From positions 544,001 to 608,000 of the forward strand of contig CAXXVD010000002.1 of the NCBI GenBank assembly GCA_963662335.2: a stretch of 64,000 nucleotides of DNA, read 5' to 3'. The position numbers were made by a program, and so were the translations under genes. The stretch comes from Chloroflexota bacterium (GTDB lineage Bacteria; Chloroflexota; UBA11872; VXOZ01). Shown piece by piece: positions 18,822 to 27,878 of this stretch (positions within the stretch are counted from its first letter, which is position 1; each line of letters begins with the position of its first letter). Below the pieces are notes generated by a model that ran no database searches, was not told the DNA's origin, and saw only the letters and a program-made list of their open reading frames with translations.

Positions 18822-19670
18822 CTAGCGCGGCGGCGTGGCGTCGGGCGAAAGCGGCCCTACGGTGGCGTCGCTGCCGCGGTCGAAGTAGCCGCGCACGGGG
18901 TAGTTGTGCAGTTCGTTGCAGGCCAGGATGAGGCGTTCCACGGCCAGGTTGAAGATGCGCTCGCCTTTCTCGGCGCTGGCCGCGAACGGATCGCCCATCA
19001 CGCCCTCGTCGGCTTCCCGGCGGCGTTCCGGCCACTTGGCGAACTTGCCCACCACCGGATCGCGGAACCAGGGCGCCAAGCCGTTGGGCGTGCGCTTGTC
19101 CAAGTCCACCATGTGGCCGCGCAGGTAGAGTTGCAGCGAGGTCTCCCACTCGCCGCCGTGGCCGATGCTGTCGTCGCTGTCGCCCCACTCCTTCAGTTCG
19201 TCTTCCACCATGTGGAAGTACGTCACGTGGAGCGCCCAGATGTCCTCTTGCGCCAGCTTGACCGAGGTGGTTTGCGTGGGCGCGACATTGCCGCCGTGGC
19301 CGTTGAGCATGATCATGCGCTCGAAGCCGTTGGCCTTGATGCTGCGGCAGACGTCGCAGAGCACGGCGATATACGTCTCCAGCGTGACCGTAATCGTGCC
19401 GATGTGCCCCATGTTGAAGTGGGTGAAGCCGGTCCAGACCGGCGGCGCGACGATAATGGGGTAATCATCGGTGCGGGTGGCGGCCTCGGCGGCCAGGTAG
19501 TAGGGAATGCTGATGTCGATGTCGGTGGGGCTGTGCGGCCCGTGCTGCTCGATGGAACCCACGGGAATGATGACCACCGGATCGTGCTTGAGCGCCTCGT
19601 AGAGTTCGTGCCGCCACATCTCCTGCCAGAAGACTTTCTTGTTCGTGCCGTCGTAGGACCTGGTGTACAT
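18822..19670 (-). CDS. Creatininase-family amidohydrolase
   Basis: PVGSIEQHGPH.P..ID, LNGHGGN, HGGEWETS, GVMGDP..ASAEKG. Confidence 0.9.
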   Translation of the reverse strand: MYTRSYDGTNKKVFWQEMWRHELYEALKHDPVVIIPVGSIEQHGPHSPTDIDISIPYYLAAEAATRTDDYPIIVAPPVWTGFTHFNMGHIGTITVTLETYIAVLCDVCRSIKANGFERMIMLNGHGGNVAPTQTTSVKLAQEDIWALHVTYFHMVEDELKEWGDSDDSIGHGGEWETSLQLYLRGHMVDLDKRTPNGLAPWFRDPVVGKFAKWPERRREADEGVMGDPFAASAEKGERIFNLAVERLILACNELHNYPVRGYFDRGSDATVGPLSPDATPPR

Positions 19671-19693
19671 GTATCTCTTCCCTTCCAAATCAT

Positions 19694-19730
19694 GCATGGT
19701 ACCGGCTTGGTCGTAGATAGGGTACCATGC
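19694..19730. promoter_or_regulatory. Inverted repeat GCATGGTACC-N17-GGTACCATGC, candidate operator or leader hairpin
   Basis: Perfect 10-bp arms 24-60 nt upstream of the creatininase start. Confidence 0.45.
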
Positions 19731-20079
19731 CGCCCGTTTTCGTTGCGTTCAGCGAAGCAAAGTGTAAATGTCAGGTAATTCGTTGCCAGTTTTGGTAGCA
19801 ACAATTGGTGGGTCCACTGTGGTGTATGGCCACAACACATGTCATTCCGAACGGAGCGCAGCGCAGTGAGGAATCTACAGTGCTGGCGCCATTAGACCGC
19901 CGGGAGCATGGACCCTAGATTCCTCGCTGCGCTCGGAATGACATGTACTGTCGACGCTCTCTAGTGGAAACGAAATTCTGTCAACGAATTGTTCAACACG
20001 TGCGGCAATGGCCGTTGCACTGAGCCTGCTCTCTTGCAGTGTTCGCGTTTCTGAATTGCTGGAGAGAGAACCAAGTGTC

Positions 20080-20143
20080 GTGGGCCGCTTACTCTCCGTT
20101 CATGCTTCGACAGGCTCAGCACGAACGGAGAGTAAGCGGCCCA
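20080..20143. repeat. Long hairpin with family F core (CTTCGACA[A/G]GCTCAG)
   Basis: gtgggccgcttactctccgttc…gaacggagagtaagcggcccac; related cores at about 21632, 29670-29788 and 63970-64000. Confidence 0.8.
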
Positions 20144-20199
20144 CTTGCTCTTGACCAACACATCGTCCGGGATTACCCATCACTCATTAGCATAGGACT

Positions 20200-21336
20200 C
20201 TATGCAGGCGCGGGCACGTCCACCCAGCCGCGCTCCTGGGCCGAAACGCCCACGGCCTCCATGATTTCCTGCACGCGCAGGCCGTCGCTGAAATCGGGAC
20301 TCATCGGCGCGCCGCTGTCCAGCGCTTCCAGGAAGTCCTTGAAGATGTGGATGAAGGCCTCGCCGTAGCCGATGCTGTGGGCGGCGGACGGCCAATAGCC
20401 GGACATGTAGTCGTGGTGCGCCGGGTCCGAGGCGTGGATCGTGCGGAAGCCGGACACCGGGCCGGGGTCGTCGCCGGCGTAGTACTGCAACTCGTTCAGG
20501 CGCTCGAAGTAGAAGCGCACCGAGCCTTTGCTGCCGTTGACCTCGAAGCCGAAGTTGTTCTTGTTGCCCCGCGCCAGCTTGGTGACTTCCAGGATGCCCT
20601 GCGCGCCGTTGGCGAACTGCAAGAGCGCCTGCGCGCAGTCGTCAACGGTCACCGCGCCGCTGCCGCCGCCGGGCGTGGGACGCTCCTTGATGTAGGTGGC
20701 GAGGTTGCCGCAGACGCTGCGCACGTCGCCCAGCAGGAAGCGCGCGGTGTCGAGCACGTGAGAGCCGATGTCGCCAAAGACGCCGAAACCGGCGTATTCC
20801 TGCTGCATGCGCCAGCCGAGCGGCGTGGCCGGATCGGCGAAGCGCTCGGCCAGGAACCAGCCGCGAAAGTGGTAGATCTCGCCCAGCGCGCCGTCCGCGA
20901 TAAGCTTTTGGGCCAAGCGAATCGCCGGGTAACGCCGGAAGTGGAAGCAGACGGTGTTGCGCACGCCGGCCTTCTCGACCGCCGCGACCATGGACCGCGC
21001 TTCCGGGACGCTCACGGCCAGCGGCTTTTCGCAGATGACCTGCTTGCCGGCCTCCGCGGCGGCAATGGCAACGTCGGCGTGCAGATGGTTGGGGGTGGAC
21101 ACGTCTACCAGGTCCACGTCGTCGCGGGTGACGGCCTCGCGCCAATCGGTCGATGATTCTTCCCAGCCGAGGACGGTTGCGGCTTCTTGCACGGCAACCG
21201 CGTCGCGCCCGGCGATTACTTTGAGCCGCGGGCGGTAGGGCACGTCGGGATAGAAGAGATTCACGTCGCGGTAGGCGTGGGTGTGGGCTTTGCCCATGAA
21301 GCGGTGGCCCACCAAGGCAACGTTGATGTCTGGCAC
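20200..21336 (-). CDS. Gfo/Idh/MocA-family oxidoreductase
   Basis: VALVGHRFMGKAH, DVSTPNHLH, CEKPLA, GDIGSH; GTG start after AAGGAAAA. Confidence 0.92.
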   Translation of the reverse strand: MPDINVALVGHRFMGKAHTHAYRDVNLFYPDVPYRPRLKVIAGRDAVAVQEAATVLGWEESSTDWREAVTRDDVDLVDVSTPNHLHADVAIAAAEAGKQVICEKPLAVSVPEARSMVAAVEKAGVRNTVCFHFRRYPAIRLAQKLIADGALGEIYHFRGWFLAERFADPATPLGWRMQQEYAGFGVFGDIGSHVLDTARFLLGDVRSVCGNLATYIKERPTPGGGSGAVTVDDCAQALLQFANGAQGILEVTKLARGNKNNFGFEVNGSKGSVRFYFERLNELQYYAGDDPGPVSGFRTIHASDPAHHDYMSGYWPSAAHSIGYGEAFIHIFKDFLEALDSGAPMSPDFSDGLRVQEIMEAVGVSAQERGWVDVPAPA

Positions 21337-21886
21337 GGGTTTTTCCTTTCCCTTGGCCGCTGCGCGCGGCTGGCGCATGGCTCATGCGGGGACGAGGCTC
21401 TGTTCTTGCGAATTGTGCGGATCGCGCGGGCGGCGCGCTCCGGCACTGAGCGTAACCGACGCGGCGGCGGCTGGTCAAGGCGCGGCCGAGCAGGAATGCC
21501 TAAAGAGTCAAGCGTAAGGCAAGGCGTGTGCGCTTTGCGGAGGAAATTGGTTGAACGCAGACCGCGCGCGCTGCAGTGCGGCGCGTTTGTCCTTGCCCAA
21601 AGTGGCGCACCGGCATGTCATTCTGAGGAGCCCTTCGGCAAGCTCAGTGTAAACTCCGCGACGAAGAATCTCGTGCGGCGCCAATGCGAGGTCACTCGCT
21701 GTGCCCTAGATTCCTCGCTGCGCTCGGAATGACATGCAAACTCGCGCGACGAGAGTTGCAAGTTTGAGTTGACTGATGCCGGGTTGCGTATTTGCTTGTA
21801 CGTCTCTTTGCCGTATGGTCTAATGGTTGAAAGCAATGACGTAGCGGGCACATCGCGCGCCACGTCTCACGCGAGGAGGAAGCGGT

Positions 21887-22327
21887 ATGGCGAGCATCAC
21901 CATCCAGTTGAGCGCCCCCAATCTCGAACTCGCCGCTGTGCTGAAGGACGTTACCGGGGGCGTGCTGCACCAGAACGGCCCGTGGCTGACGATCGAGGGC
22001 AAGCGGCTGGAGATTGCGCGCGCCAAAGTCGAACAGGCCTGGGGCCGGCCGCTGACCGAGGAGCGGTGGCGGTCGCTCACGCAGAGCCGCCGCGGGCACG
22101 TGGTGGAGCACACCAGTCAGGTAATCGTGGTGCAGGACCAGCCGGCCGCGCCACCGGCCGCCGCTAGCGCCGAGCGCGGGCTGACGCTGACCCTGGACGA
22201 CGCCTGGCTCATGGAACGCCTGCAACAAGAGGCGAAACGGCGGGGCGTGACGGTAAACCAGCTTGCCGCGAAGGCAATCGAACGCTTTCTGCGCACCACG
22301 GCGGGCGGCGGAGCGCAAGGCCGGTGA
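21887..22327 (+). CDS. Hypothetical protein with C-terminal ribbon-helix-helix domain
   Basis: LTLTLDD..LMERLQQEAKRRGVTVNQLAAKAIERFL (CopG/HicB-like RHH); GAGGAGGA RBS; GTGA overlap with the next gene. Confidence 0.7.
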   Translation: MASITIQLSAPNLELAAVLKDVTGGVLHQNGPWLTIEGKRLEIARAKVEQAWGRPLTEERWRSLTQSRRGHVVEHTSQVIVVQDQPAAPPAAASAERGLTLTLDDAWLMERLQQEAKRRGVTVNQLAAKAIERFLRTTAGGGAQGR

Positions 22328-24513
22328 CGCAATACGACGGCCTGGCGTCAGCCAATGCGGTGGAGTTCACTCGCTGGGACCAGGCGGCGCAGCTTGAGCG
22401 GTACCTCGACGCGCTTGCCATCCAAGCGTATGATTGGCGGCGCGCCCGGTGGCGGCGCGACTTCTCCGGCCTGCGGGCGTACGCGGAGTCCGTTGCGCCG
22501 AACCGCGAGCGCTGGCGGGAGATGCTGGGTAACTGGCCCACGGCGGCGGAGCGCGTGCCGTTGGAACCCGACCGCCACGTGGTGGCGGAGCGGGCCGACC
22601 ACACGGTCTACGCCGTCACGTTCGGCACGCTGCCGGGCGTGCGCTCGTTTGCCCATCTGCTCGTGCCCAAGCGCATTGAGGCCCCAAGGCCGGCCGTGAT
22701 TTGCCAGCACGGCATGGGCGGCTCCCCGCACTCGATCGCCGGACTGGTGGCGGCGGACGACGCCTACCACAAGTTTGGCCAGCGGTTGGCCGAACGCGGC
22801 TACGTGGTGCTCGCTCCGCACTGCATCAACTTCATCGAGTGGCGCAGCCGCCTGCACAATAAGGCGCTGCTGGTCGGGCGCACGCTGATGGGCCTGGAAA
22901 TCTGGCGCGAGATGCGGGTGGTTGACCTGCTGGAGACGCTGCCGTCGGTGGATAGCGAGCGCATCGGCTTCTACGGCCTCTCCCAGGGCGGCAAGATGGC
23001 GCTCTGGTTCCCGCCGCTGGAACCCCGCATCCGCGCCACCGTCATCTCGGCCTTCTACAACGAACGCACCAAGAAGCAACTCGTCGCCTCGCCCCACTAC
23101 CGGCCGTTCATCAACACCCGCGAACAATCGTATTTCGAGCCGGATTTCCTGACCGAGTTTTCGGACTACGACCTGGCTTCGCTCATCTGCCCGCGTCCGG
23201 TGATGATCGAGCACGGGCAGAAGGACAGTTCCTACTACATCGAGACTGCGCGCGAGGAGTTCTTTCCCCTCAAAGAAATCTATGAACGCCTCGGCGTCGG
23301 CGAGCGCTGCGAGTGGGGTGAATTCGACGGCCCGCACGAGATTCACGGCGTGGAGTCGTTCGCGTTTCTGGACCGCTGGCTGAACGACGGCAGTCCGCCA
23401 AAACGGAACGCCGCGCCGGTTGACGAAGAGGTCACGCCACCGCCGCCGGTTTTCGTGAACGAAGCCGCTATACAGGCCATGCGCGACGACACCAACGGCC
23501 AGCACGACCGCTACCTGGACAACCTGGCCGAGCTAGCCTACGCCGAGCGGGCGGCGCGTTGGCAGCGCGACTACACGGGCGTGGACGCCTACGAAAGTTC
23601 AGTGGCGCGGAACCGCCAGGCGTGGCTGGAGATGCTGGGCGGGCTGCCGCCGGCAGCGGAGCGCGTGCCATTGAATCCGGCGCGCCACGTAGTGGCGGAA
23701 CGCCCCGATCACACGGTCTACGCCGTCAACCTCGACGTGCTGCCCGGCGTGCGGCAGTTTGGCTACTTGCTCGTGCCCAAGGGGATCAGCGCGCCGCGGG
23801 CGGCCGTGGTGGCGCAGCATGGACTCGGCGGGGCCGTGCAGGCCGTGGCCGGGCTGCTGGAAGAGGACGACGCCTACCATCGCTACGGCCGGCGTTTGGC
23901 GGAGCGGGGCTACGTGGTCTTCGCGCCGCACTGCATCAACGGCACGCCCCGGCGCGTGCGGTTGCACAACAAGGCAATTGTGCTTGGTAGGCGGTTGATG
24001 GGACTGGAGATCTGGCGCGAGATGAAAGTGATCGACTACCTGCAAGCGCTGCCGGAAGTCGATCCGGCGCGCATCGGCTTCTACGGCCTTTCACAGGGCG
24101 GGACGATGACCCTCTGGCTTACGCCCCTGGAACCCCGCATACAAGCGGCGGTGGTGTCCGCCTATTTCAATGAGCGCACCCGCAAACTCAACGTGGAGTC
24201 CGAGCGCTACCGCGCGTACGTCACCACGGATGAATACCACCAGTACTACCTGGGCCAATTGCTGGAGTTTTCCGACACCGACCTGGGGTCGCTCATCTGT
24301 CCCCGCCCGCTGTTCATCGAGCAAGGCACGCGGGATAGCGCGGTCTACTACCAGGACGCGGAAATCGAGTTCCGGCGGCTCCACGCCCACTACGACCAAC
24401 TAGGGCTAGGCGACCGCTGCGTGTGGGGCCTGTTCGAGGGCAAGCACGAGATTCACGGGGAGCAGTCGTTCCCGTTTCTCGATAGATGGCTGGAGCACAC
24501 GCCGACCGCGTAA
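22324..24513 (+). CDS. Tandem two-domain alpha/beta hydrolase (dienelactone-hydrolase-like)
   Basis: Two near-duplicate halves, each with QHG, GFYGLSQGG, ICPRP..IE.G..D and G.HEIHG..SF.FLDRWL. Confidence 0.88.
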   Translation: MTQYDGLASANAVEFTRWDQAAQLERYLDALAIQAYDWRRARWRRDFSGLRAYAESVAPNRERWREMLGNWPTAAERVPLEPDRHVVAERADHTVYAVTFGTLPGVRSFAHLLVPKRIEAPRPAVICQHGMGGSPHSIAGLVAADDAYHKFGQRLAERGYVVLAPHCINFIEWRSRLHNKALLVGRTLMGLEIWREMRVVDLLETLPSVDSERIGFYGLSQGGKMALWFPPLEPRIRATVISAFYNERTKKQLVASPHYRPFINTREQSYFEPDFLTEFSDYDLASLICPRPVMIEHGQKDSSYYIETAREEFFPLKEIYERLGVGERCEWGEFDGPHEIHGVESFAFLDRWLNDGSPPKRNAAPVDEEVTPPPPVFVNEAAIQAMRDDTNGQHDRYLDNLAELAYAERAARWQRDYTGVDAYESSVARNRQAWLEMLGGLPPAAERVPLNPARHVVAERPDHTVYAVNLDVLPGVRQFGYLLVPKGISAPRAAVVAQHGLGGAVQAVAGLLEEDDAYHRYGRRLAERGYVVFAPHCINGTPRRVRLHNKAIVLGRRLMGLEIWREMKVIDYLQALPEVDPARIGFYGLSQGGTMTLWLTPLEPRIQAAVVSAYFNERTRKLNVESERYRAYVTTDEYHQYYLGQLLEFSDTDLGSLICPRPLFIEQGTRDSAVYYQDAEIEFRRLHAHYDQLGLGDRCVWGLFEGKHEIHGEQSFPFLDRWLEHTPTA

Positions 24514-24571
24514 GGGCCCTAAGGCGGTTGGTTTCCGGCCTGTTAAGCCAAGACTGATAGCTTCCGGCCCG

Positions 24572-25408
24572 TTAAGCGGAAAGGAAGCCGACGGACCGCA
24601 GGTGCGCCACGCTGCGCACGACCCGCTCCTGGCGCAGTTCCAGGGTCGGTTCCGGCTCGCCGCGAATGCCCTCGATCTCCAGGCTGTACGGGCCGTAGAA
24701 GCCGTGGTCGTTGGCGATCTGGCCGATGCGGGCGAAATCCACCGCGCCGCCGTCGCCCATGGCCGTGAAGTACCAGTCCCGGTAGCCGCCGCGGCTGTCC
24801 TTCAGGTGCATGTGCACGACGTACTCCATGACCTCTTCCAGTTGGGCGTACACGTCCGCGCCCTCGTTGTAGAAGAGGATGTTGCCGGTGTCGAAGTTGA
24901 TGCGGATGGCGTCGTGTTGGAGCGCCTGCATGGTGTCCAGGATGTTCTTTGCATTCTGCGTGATGCCGGGGTGGGTTTCCAGCGCGATGGTGAGGCCGTG
25001 CGAGGCCGCCACGTCGCCGATTGCGCTCAGTTTGTCGAAGAATTCGCGCCGGTCTTCCTCCGCCGGTTCGCCGCCCAGGCCGACGAAGTATTTCGCGCCG
25101 ATGAGGGCCGCCAGGCGCATGCGCTCGGCAATGCGGGCGTAGCCGTCGGGATCCATGAGGTTGTCCGAGCCGTTGGCGCTGATGACGGTGAGGCCGTTGG
25201 CGTCGAGTTCCTGCTTGAGTTTCTGAATGCCCTCGTCGCCCAACTTCTCGCTGGCGACTACGTCCTCGGGAATTTCCAGCACGCCGCCGTGCTGCTTCAT
25301 GGCGAGCTCGAGATGCGTGATGCCGGCCTGGGGCGCGAGGTCGATCGCCGCCCGCACGCCGTAACGGCCGTAGCAGTTGGTGAAAACTTCCAGTAAGTTG
25401 CTGGGCAT
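24572..25408 (-). CDS. Sugar phosphate isomerase/epimerase (TIM barrel)
   Basis: ALETHP, NFDTGN, HMHLKD, GFYGPYSLEIE. Confidence 0.88.
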   Translation of the reverse strand: MPSNLLEVFTNCYGRYGVRAAIDLAPQAGITHLELAMKQHGGVLEIPEDVVASEKLGDEGIQKLKQELDANGLTVISANGSDNLMDPDGYARIAERMRLAALIGAKYFVGLGGEPAEEDRREFFDKLSAIGDVAASHGLTIALETHPGITQNAKNILDTMQALQHDAIRINFDTGNILFYNEGADVYAQLEEVMEYVVHMHLKDSRGGYRDWYFTAMGDGGAVDFARIGQIANDHGFYGPYSLEIEGIRGEPEPTLELRQERVVRSVAHLRSVGFLSA

Positions 25409-25585
25409 GATGCGCTCCTATGTGAGGGGTTCTGTTCGCTGCGCCCGAAACGGCCGCCGGCTGCACGGCGGCCGGCGCGCTCTTGTGGCTATTGTAACCG
25501 TCCGGCGCGGCGCGTGCTAAGCCGGTGCGCCGCGAACAGTGACGGATGTGCACAGCTATGGGTTTGGAAACACTCCCGTGTAGGC

Positions 25586-25786
25586 GTAGGGGCACGACAT
25601 GTCGTGCCCCCTACGCCTCTTGACAGTTTGAGTAGATGCGCAGTCTTGGGAATCTCCCCGCTAGTGCGACGGCATTAGGGGCGAGCCGCCGCGCTACCGG
25701 GTTGGCGTGGCGCAAAGAGGCGGGGGACAAGCCCCCGCGCTACGGTCTGGCAATGGGGCCGAGCGGGGGACAAGCCCCCGCGCTAC
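25586..25786. repeat. Cluster of GTAG-type palindromic repeats (family D, family C twice)
   Basis: gtaggggcacgacatgtcgtgccccctac; gcgggggacaagcccccgcgctac at 25720 and 25763. Confidence 0.85.
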
Positions 25787-25816
25787 GGGGTGGCGATCGT
25801 CTTTTCCCTCTCCTGT

Positions 25817-25991
25817 GCTGACAGGGATATGTATTCTATAGCCGACTTCACGTGTCATTCCGAACGGAGCGCAGCGGAGTGAGGAATCTAAAGCACAGCC
25901 CTGCCAAACCAGCAGCTTTAGATTCCTCGCTGCGCTCGGAATGACATTTACGAATTACTTTTACGAATCACTTTCACGTACCGCTGTCAGC
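25817..25991 (+). mobile_element. MITE-like element, copy 2 (175 bp)
   Basis: GCTGACAG…CTGTCAGC ends; first 131 nt collinear with copy 1; extra 2x13-bp tandem (ttacgaatYactt); sits in the loop of ccctctcct/aggagaggg. Confidence 0.78.
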
Positions 25992-26018
25992 GTAGGAGAG
26001 GGTAAGGGCAAAGCGGCG

Positions 26019-27503
26019 CTAGTGCCGCACGTCGGCGTCGCTGTACTCGGTGCGGAAGCCGGCGTGGTTGGCGGCCGTATTGCGGCGGTCGGCGGTGGTA
26101 TCGCCCTGGGGCTCGCGCGCCGGCAGGTCGCCGTCTTCCAGGTAGACCGAGTCCCGCGACCGGTGCCGCGCCCGCAGTTCCTCCCGCAGTTCCCGCTTCT
26201 TCGCGGCGAAACGCGCCTCGTGGGCCAGGTTGTGCAATTCCGACGGGTCGTCGGCCAGGTTGAAGAGATGTTCCGTCGCCCCCTCCGGGTACCAGATGTA
26301 CTTCCATTGGCCGTCCGTGATTGCCAGGTAGACGCACGGGATGCGTTCCGCCTGGGGCCAGCGGGGGCCGCTCATGCCTTCCAGGTAGCGGCGGGGTTCT
26401 GCCAGTTCGCCCCGCGCCAGCGCTATCAAGTCCTGCCCGTCGGTGTCGCCTGGCGGCTCGCCACCAGCTACTCCAACCAGCGTCGGCAGAATATCCGCGT
26501 GCGTTACCGGCGCGTCCACCGTCGTACCGTGGCGGCGGTTCTCCCAACTCTGCGGCATACGCACGATGAACGGCACATGGGCGGACGGTTCGTAGAAGAA
26601 GGTCTTGGCGCCGTTGCGCTGGTCGCCCAGCATTTCGCCGTGGTCGGAGGCGAACATAATGAACGTGTCGTTGAAGAGGCCGCAGTCCTCCAGGGCGCTG
26701 ATCAGGCGGCCGATCACGTTGTCGATCTGCGTGATAAGCCCGTAGTAGACGGCCCGCGCCGCGCGTATCGTCTCCGCGGGAATGTCCTCGAACGCCCGCC
26801 GCTGCGCCTGGCGTTGAAACGAAACGGGGCAGTCCGCGCTCTCGCGCCACACGCCTACGGCCGGCTCAGGTATGGGCGAATTCTGGTACATGGAGTAGTA
26901 CGGCTCCGGCGCGTCCAGCGGCGGGTGCGGCTTGGCGAACGAGCACCAGAGGAAGAACGGTAGCGTCGGATCCCGGCGCACCAGGATGTATTCCACGCAC
27001 TGCTCGGCGATCCAGGAAGTCAGGGTCAGGCTCTCCGGCACCGTTGCCAGGGTGGGATAGAGTTCGTTCTGGCCGAGGCCGTGGTGCATCGGTTGCTGGG
27101 CGTGGCCGGCGTGGCGCATGGCGCGGTAGTAGTCGTCGGGGAGGATCATCTCCTCGAAGCCGTGGCGCACGCGCTGCGGCCCGAAGTGCATCTTGCCGAT
27201 GGCGGCGGTCTGATACCCGCACGCGCGCAGGTAGGTAGGCAGGGTGCCCGCCCGGCCCATCACGTTGGAAGTTTGGTCGTTGTTGGCCACGCCGTGGGTG
27301 AAGACCTGCGTGCCGGTCATGATGCCCACCCGCGCCGGCACGCAGAGCGGACAATCGGCGTAGGCGCGGGTGAACTGCACGCCCTGATAGCCCAGCAGGT
27401 CGATGTGCGGCGTGCGCAGGAACGGCGGTTTGGCCGCGCCGACGGTGTCGAACCGCTGCTGGTCGGTAGTAATGAGCAGGATGTTGGGCTGACTGGCGGA
27501 CAC
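26019..27503 (-). CDS. Sulfatase (formylglycine-dependent, Cys type)
   Basis: PNILLITTDQQR, C-V-P-A-R, IGKMHF, KPHPP, SDHGEMLG, LFNLADDP.E..NL. Confidence 0.93.
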   Translation of the reverse strand: MSASQPNILLITTDQQRFDTVGAAKPPFLRTPHIDLLGYQGVQFTRAYADCPLCVPARVGIMTGTQVFTHGVANNDQTSNVMGRAGTLPTYLRACGYQTAAIGKMHFGPQRVRHGFEEMILPDDYYRAMRHAGHAQQPMHHGLGQNELYPTLATVPESLTLTSWIAEQCVEYILVRRDPTLPFFLWCSFAKPHPPLDAPEPYYSMYQNSPIPEPAVGVWRESADCPVSFQRQAQRRAFEDIPAETIRAARAVYYGLITQIDNVIGRLISALEDCGLFNDTFIMFASDHGEMLGDQRNGAKTFFYEPSAHVPFIVRMPQSWENRRHGTTVDAPVTHADILPTLVGVAGGEPPGDTDGQDLIALARGELAEPRRYLEGMSGPRWPQAERIPCVYLAITDGQWKYIWYPEGATEHLFNLADDPSELHNLAHEARFAAKKRELREELRARHRSRDSVYLEDGDLPAREPQGDTTADRRNTAANHAGFRTEYSDADVRH

Positions 27504-27529
27504 GGTTAGCGATTCCCTCTACTCTACGG

Positions 27530-27668
27530 GCTGGCAGGCGTATGTACATGTCATTCCGAGCGCAGCGAGGAATCTAGAGATGCCGGTCTTGTAAGGCTGC
27601 ACCCTAGATTCCTCGCTGCGCTCGGAATGACATGTGAATTCGGCTATTGAATACATACACCTGTTAGC
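27530..27668 (-). mobile_element. MITE-like element, copy 3 (139 bp, reverse orientation)
   Basis: Reverse complement reads gctaacaggtgtatgtattcaatagccgaattcacatgtcattcc…gacatgtacatacgcctgccagc, matching copies 1 and 2. Confidence 0.72.
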
Positions 27669-27878
27669 CCACTATGGGGCACGAGCGGGGCCGGCCACGC
27701 GCGATACCCCGCTCGCCATTGCAAATGCCGCTTCAAGACCCCGGTGCGTGCGGCCACGCGCGCGGCGGCCAAACCGGCGGGCGCGGCATGCGCCAATTCA
27801 CCTTGGCGCAACAGACAGCGGCGGGGTCGGGCGCGCCCGACCCCGCCTGCGCTCCTTTGCTACGTTCTTTGCGGCAGG

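Noticed and set aside
21887-22327. Toxin-antitoxin module
   Set aside because: An RHH is present but no adjacent toxin; the downstream gene is a hydrolase
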